Below, piece after piece: positions 63,885 to 64,000 of a DNA stretch of 64,000 nucleotides. The stretch lies in assembly GCF_000150275.1 (NCBI RefSeq), contig NW_002060943.1, forward strand, positions 11,842,878 to 11,906,877. Reading direction: 5' to 3'. The DNA is from Trichoplax adhaerens (lineage: Eukaryota > Animalia > Placozoa). Each line of letters begins with the position of its first letter. Positions within the stretch are counted from its first letter, which is position 1. A program made the translations under genes and the position numbers. The notes under the pieces were generated by a model. It did no database searches. It was not told where the DNA came from and saw nothing but the letters and a program-made list of their open reading frames with translations.

Positions 63885-64000
63885 TTACCTTTTGATCGTT
63901 CTTTTAAATGGGGCTGGGCGATTTTTGATGTCTTTACATTTTGGTATGTGCCTTTCTGCGGCGGTCTGGTTAAATTTTCGTTGGCAATGTGGGCATTGGA
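63885..64000 (-). CDS. ZC2HC1C: Zinc finger C2HC domain protein 1C-like, 3' end only (gene continues beyond the window)
   Basis: Minus strand reads QCPHCQRKFNQTAAERHIPKCKDIKNRPAPFKRTIKR*, a terminal C2HC finger followed by KxIKNRP as recalled for ZC2HC1C/FAM164C. Confidence 0.8.
   Translation of the reverse strand, partial: QCPHCQRKFNQTAAERHIPKCKDIKNRPAPFKRTIKR

Noticed and set aside
1-64000. tRNA, rRNA or U12-type introns
   Set aside because: No cloverleaf, rRNA-like segment or RTATCCTT donor was noticed at the junctions I checked; tRNAscan-SE and Infernal were not run.

Overview
AT-rich (roughly two-thirds A+T), gene-dense eukaryotic DNA with many short GT-AG introns. The genes are metazoan, and the style best fits a placozoan such as Trichoplax (inferred, not confirmed). 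Eleven protein-coding genes were reconstructed by manual splicing: MTIF2(+), a ubiquitin-like/eS31 (RPS27A) fusion(-), STPG4(+), TTC7(-), PACS(+), PARP1(-), arginase(+), ACTR2(-), EXOSC5(+), NEK9(+) and the 3' end of ZC2HC1C(-). Strands alternate almost perfectly. Convergent gaps are short and repeat-free, whereas divergent (promoter) gaps carry tandem arrays and mixed-orientation TACAGTA/TACTGTA tracts. Main observations: (1) paralogous repeat copies differ by TA->TACAGTA/TACTGTA changes, the form of a Tc1/mariner excision footprint, so the promoter tracts may be accumulated transposon footprints rather than microsatellites; (2) the RPS27A 'ubiquitin' moiety is only 37/76 identical to ubiquitin, has lost six of seven lysines and ends LNLLGG, and the eS31 zinc ribbon lacks one Cys; (3) three tail-to-tail pairs (MTIF2-RPS27A, STPG4-TTC7, NEK9-ZC2HC1C) match gene neighbours I recall from the human genome. 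No rRNA, tRNA or CRISPR array was recognised. All gene identities come from recalled family sequences; no database search was run.
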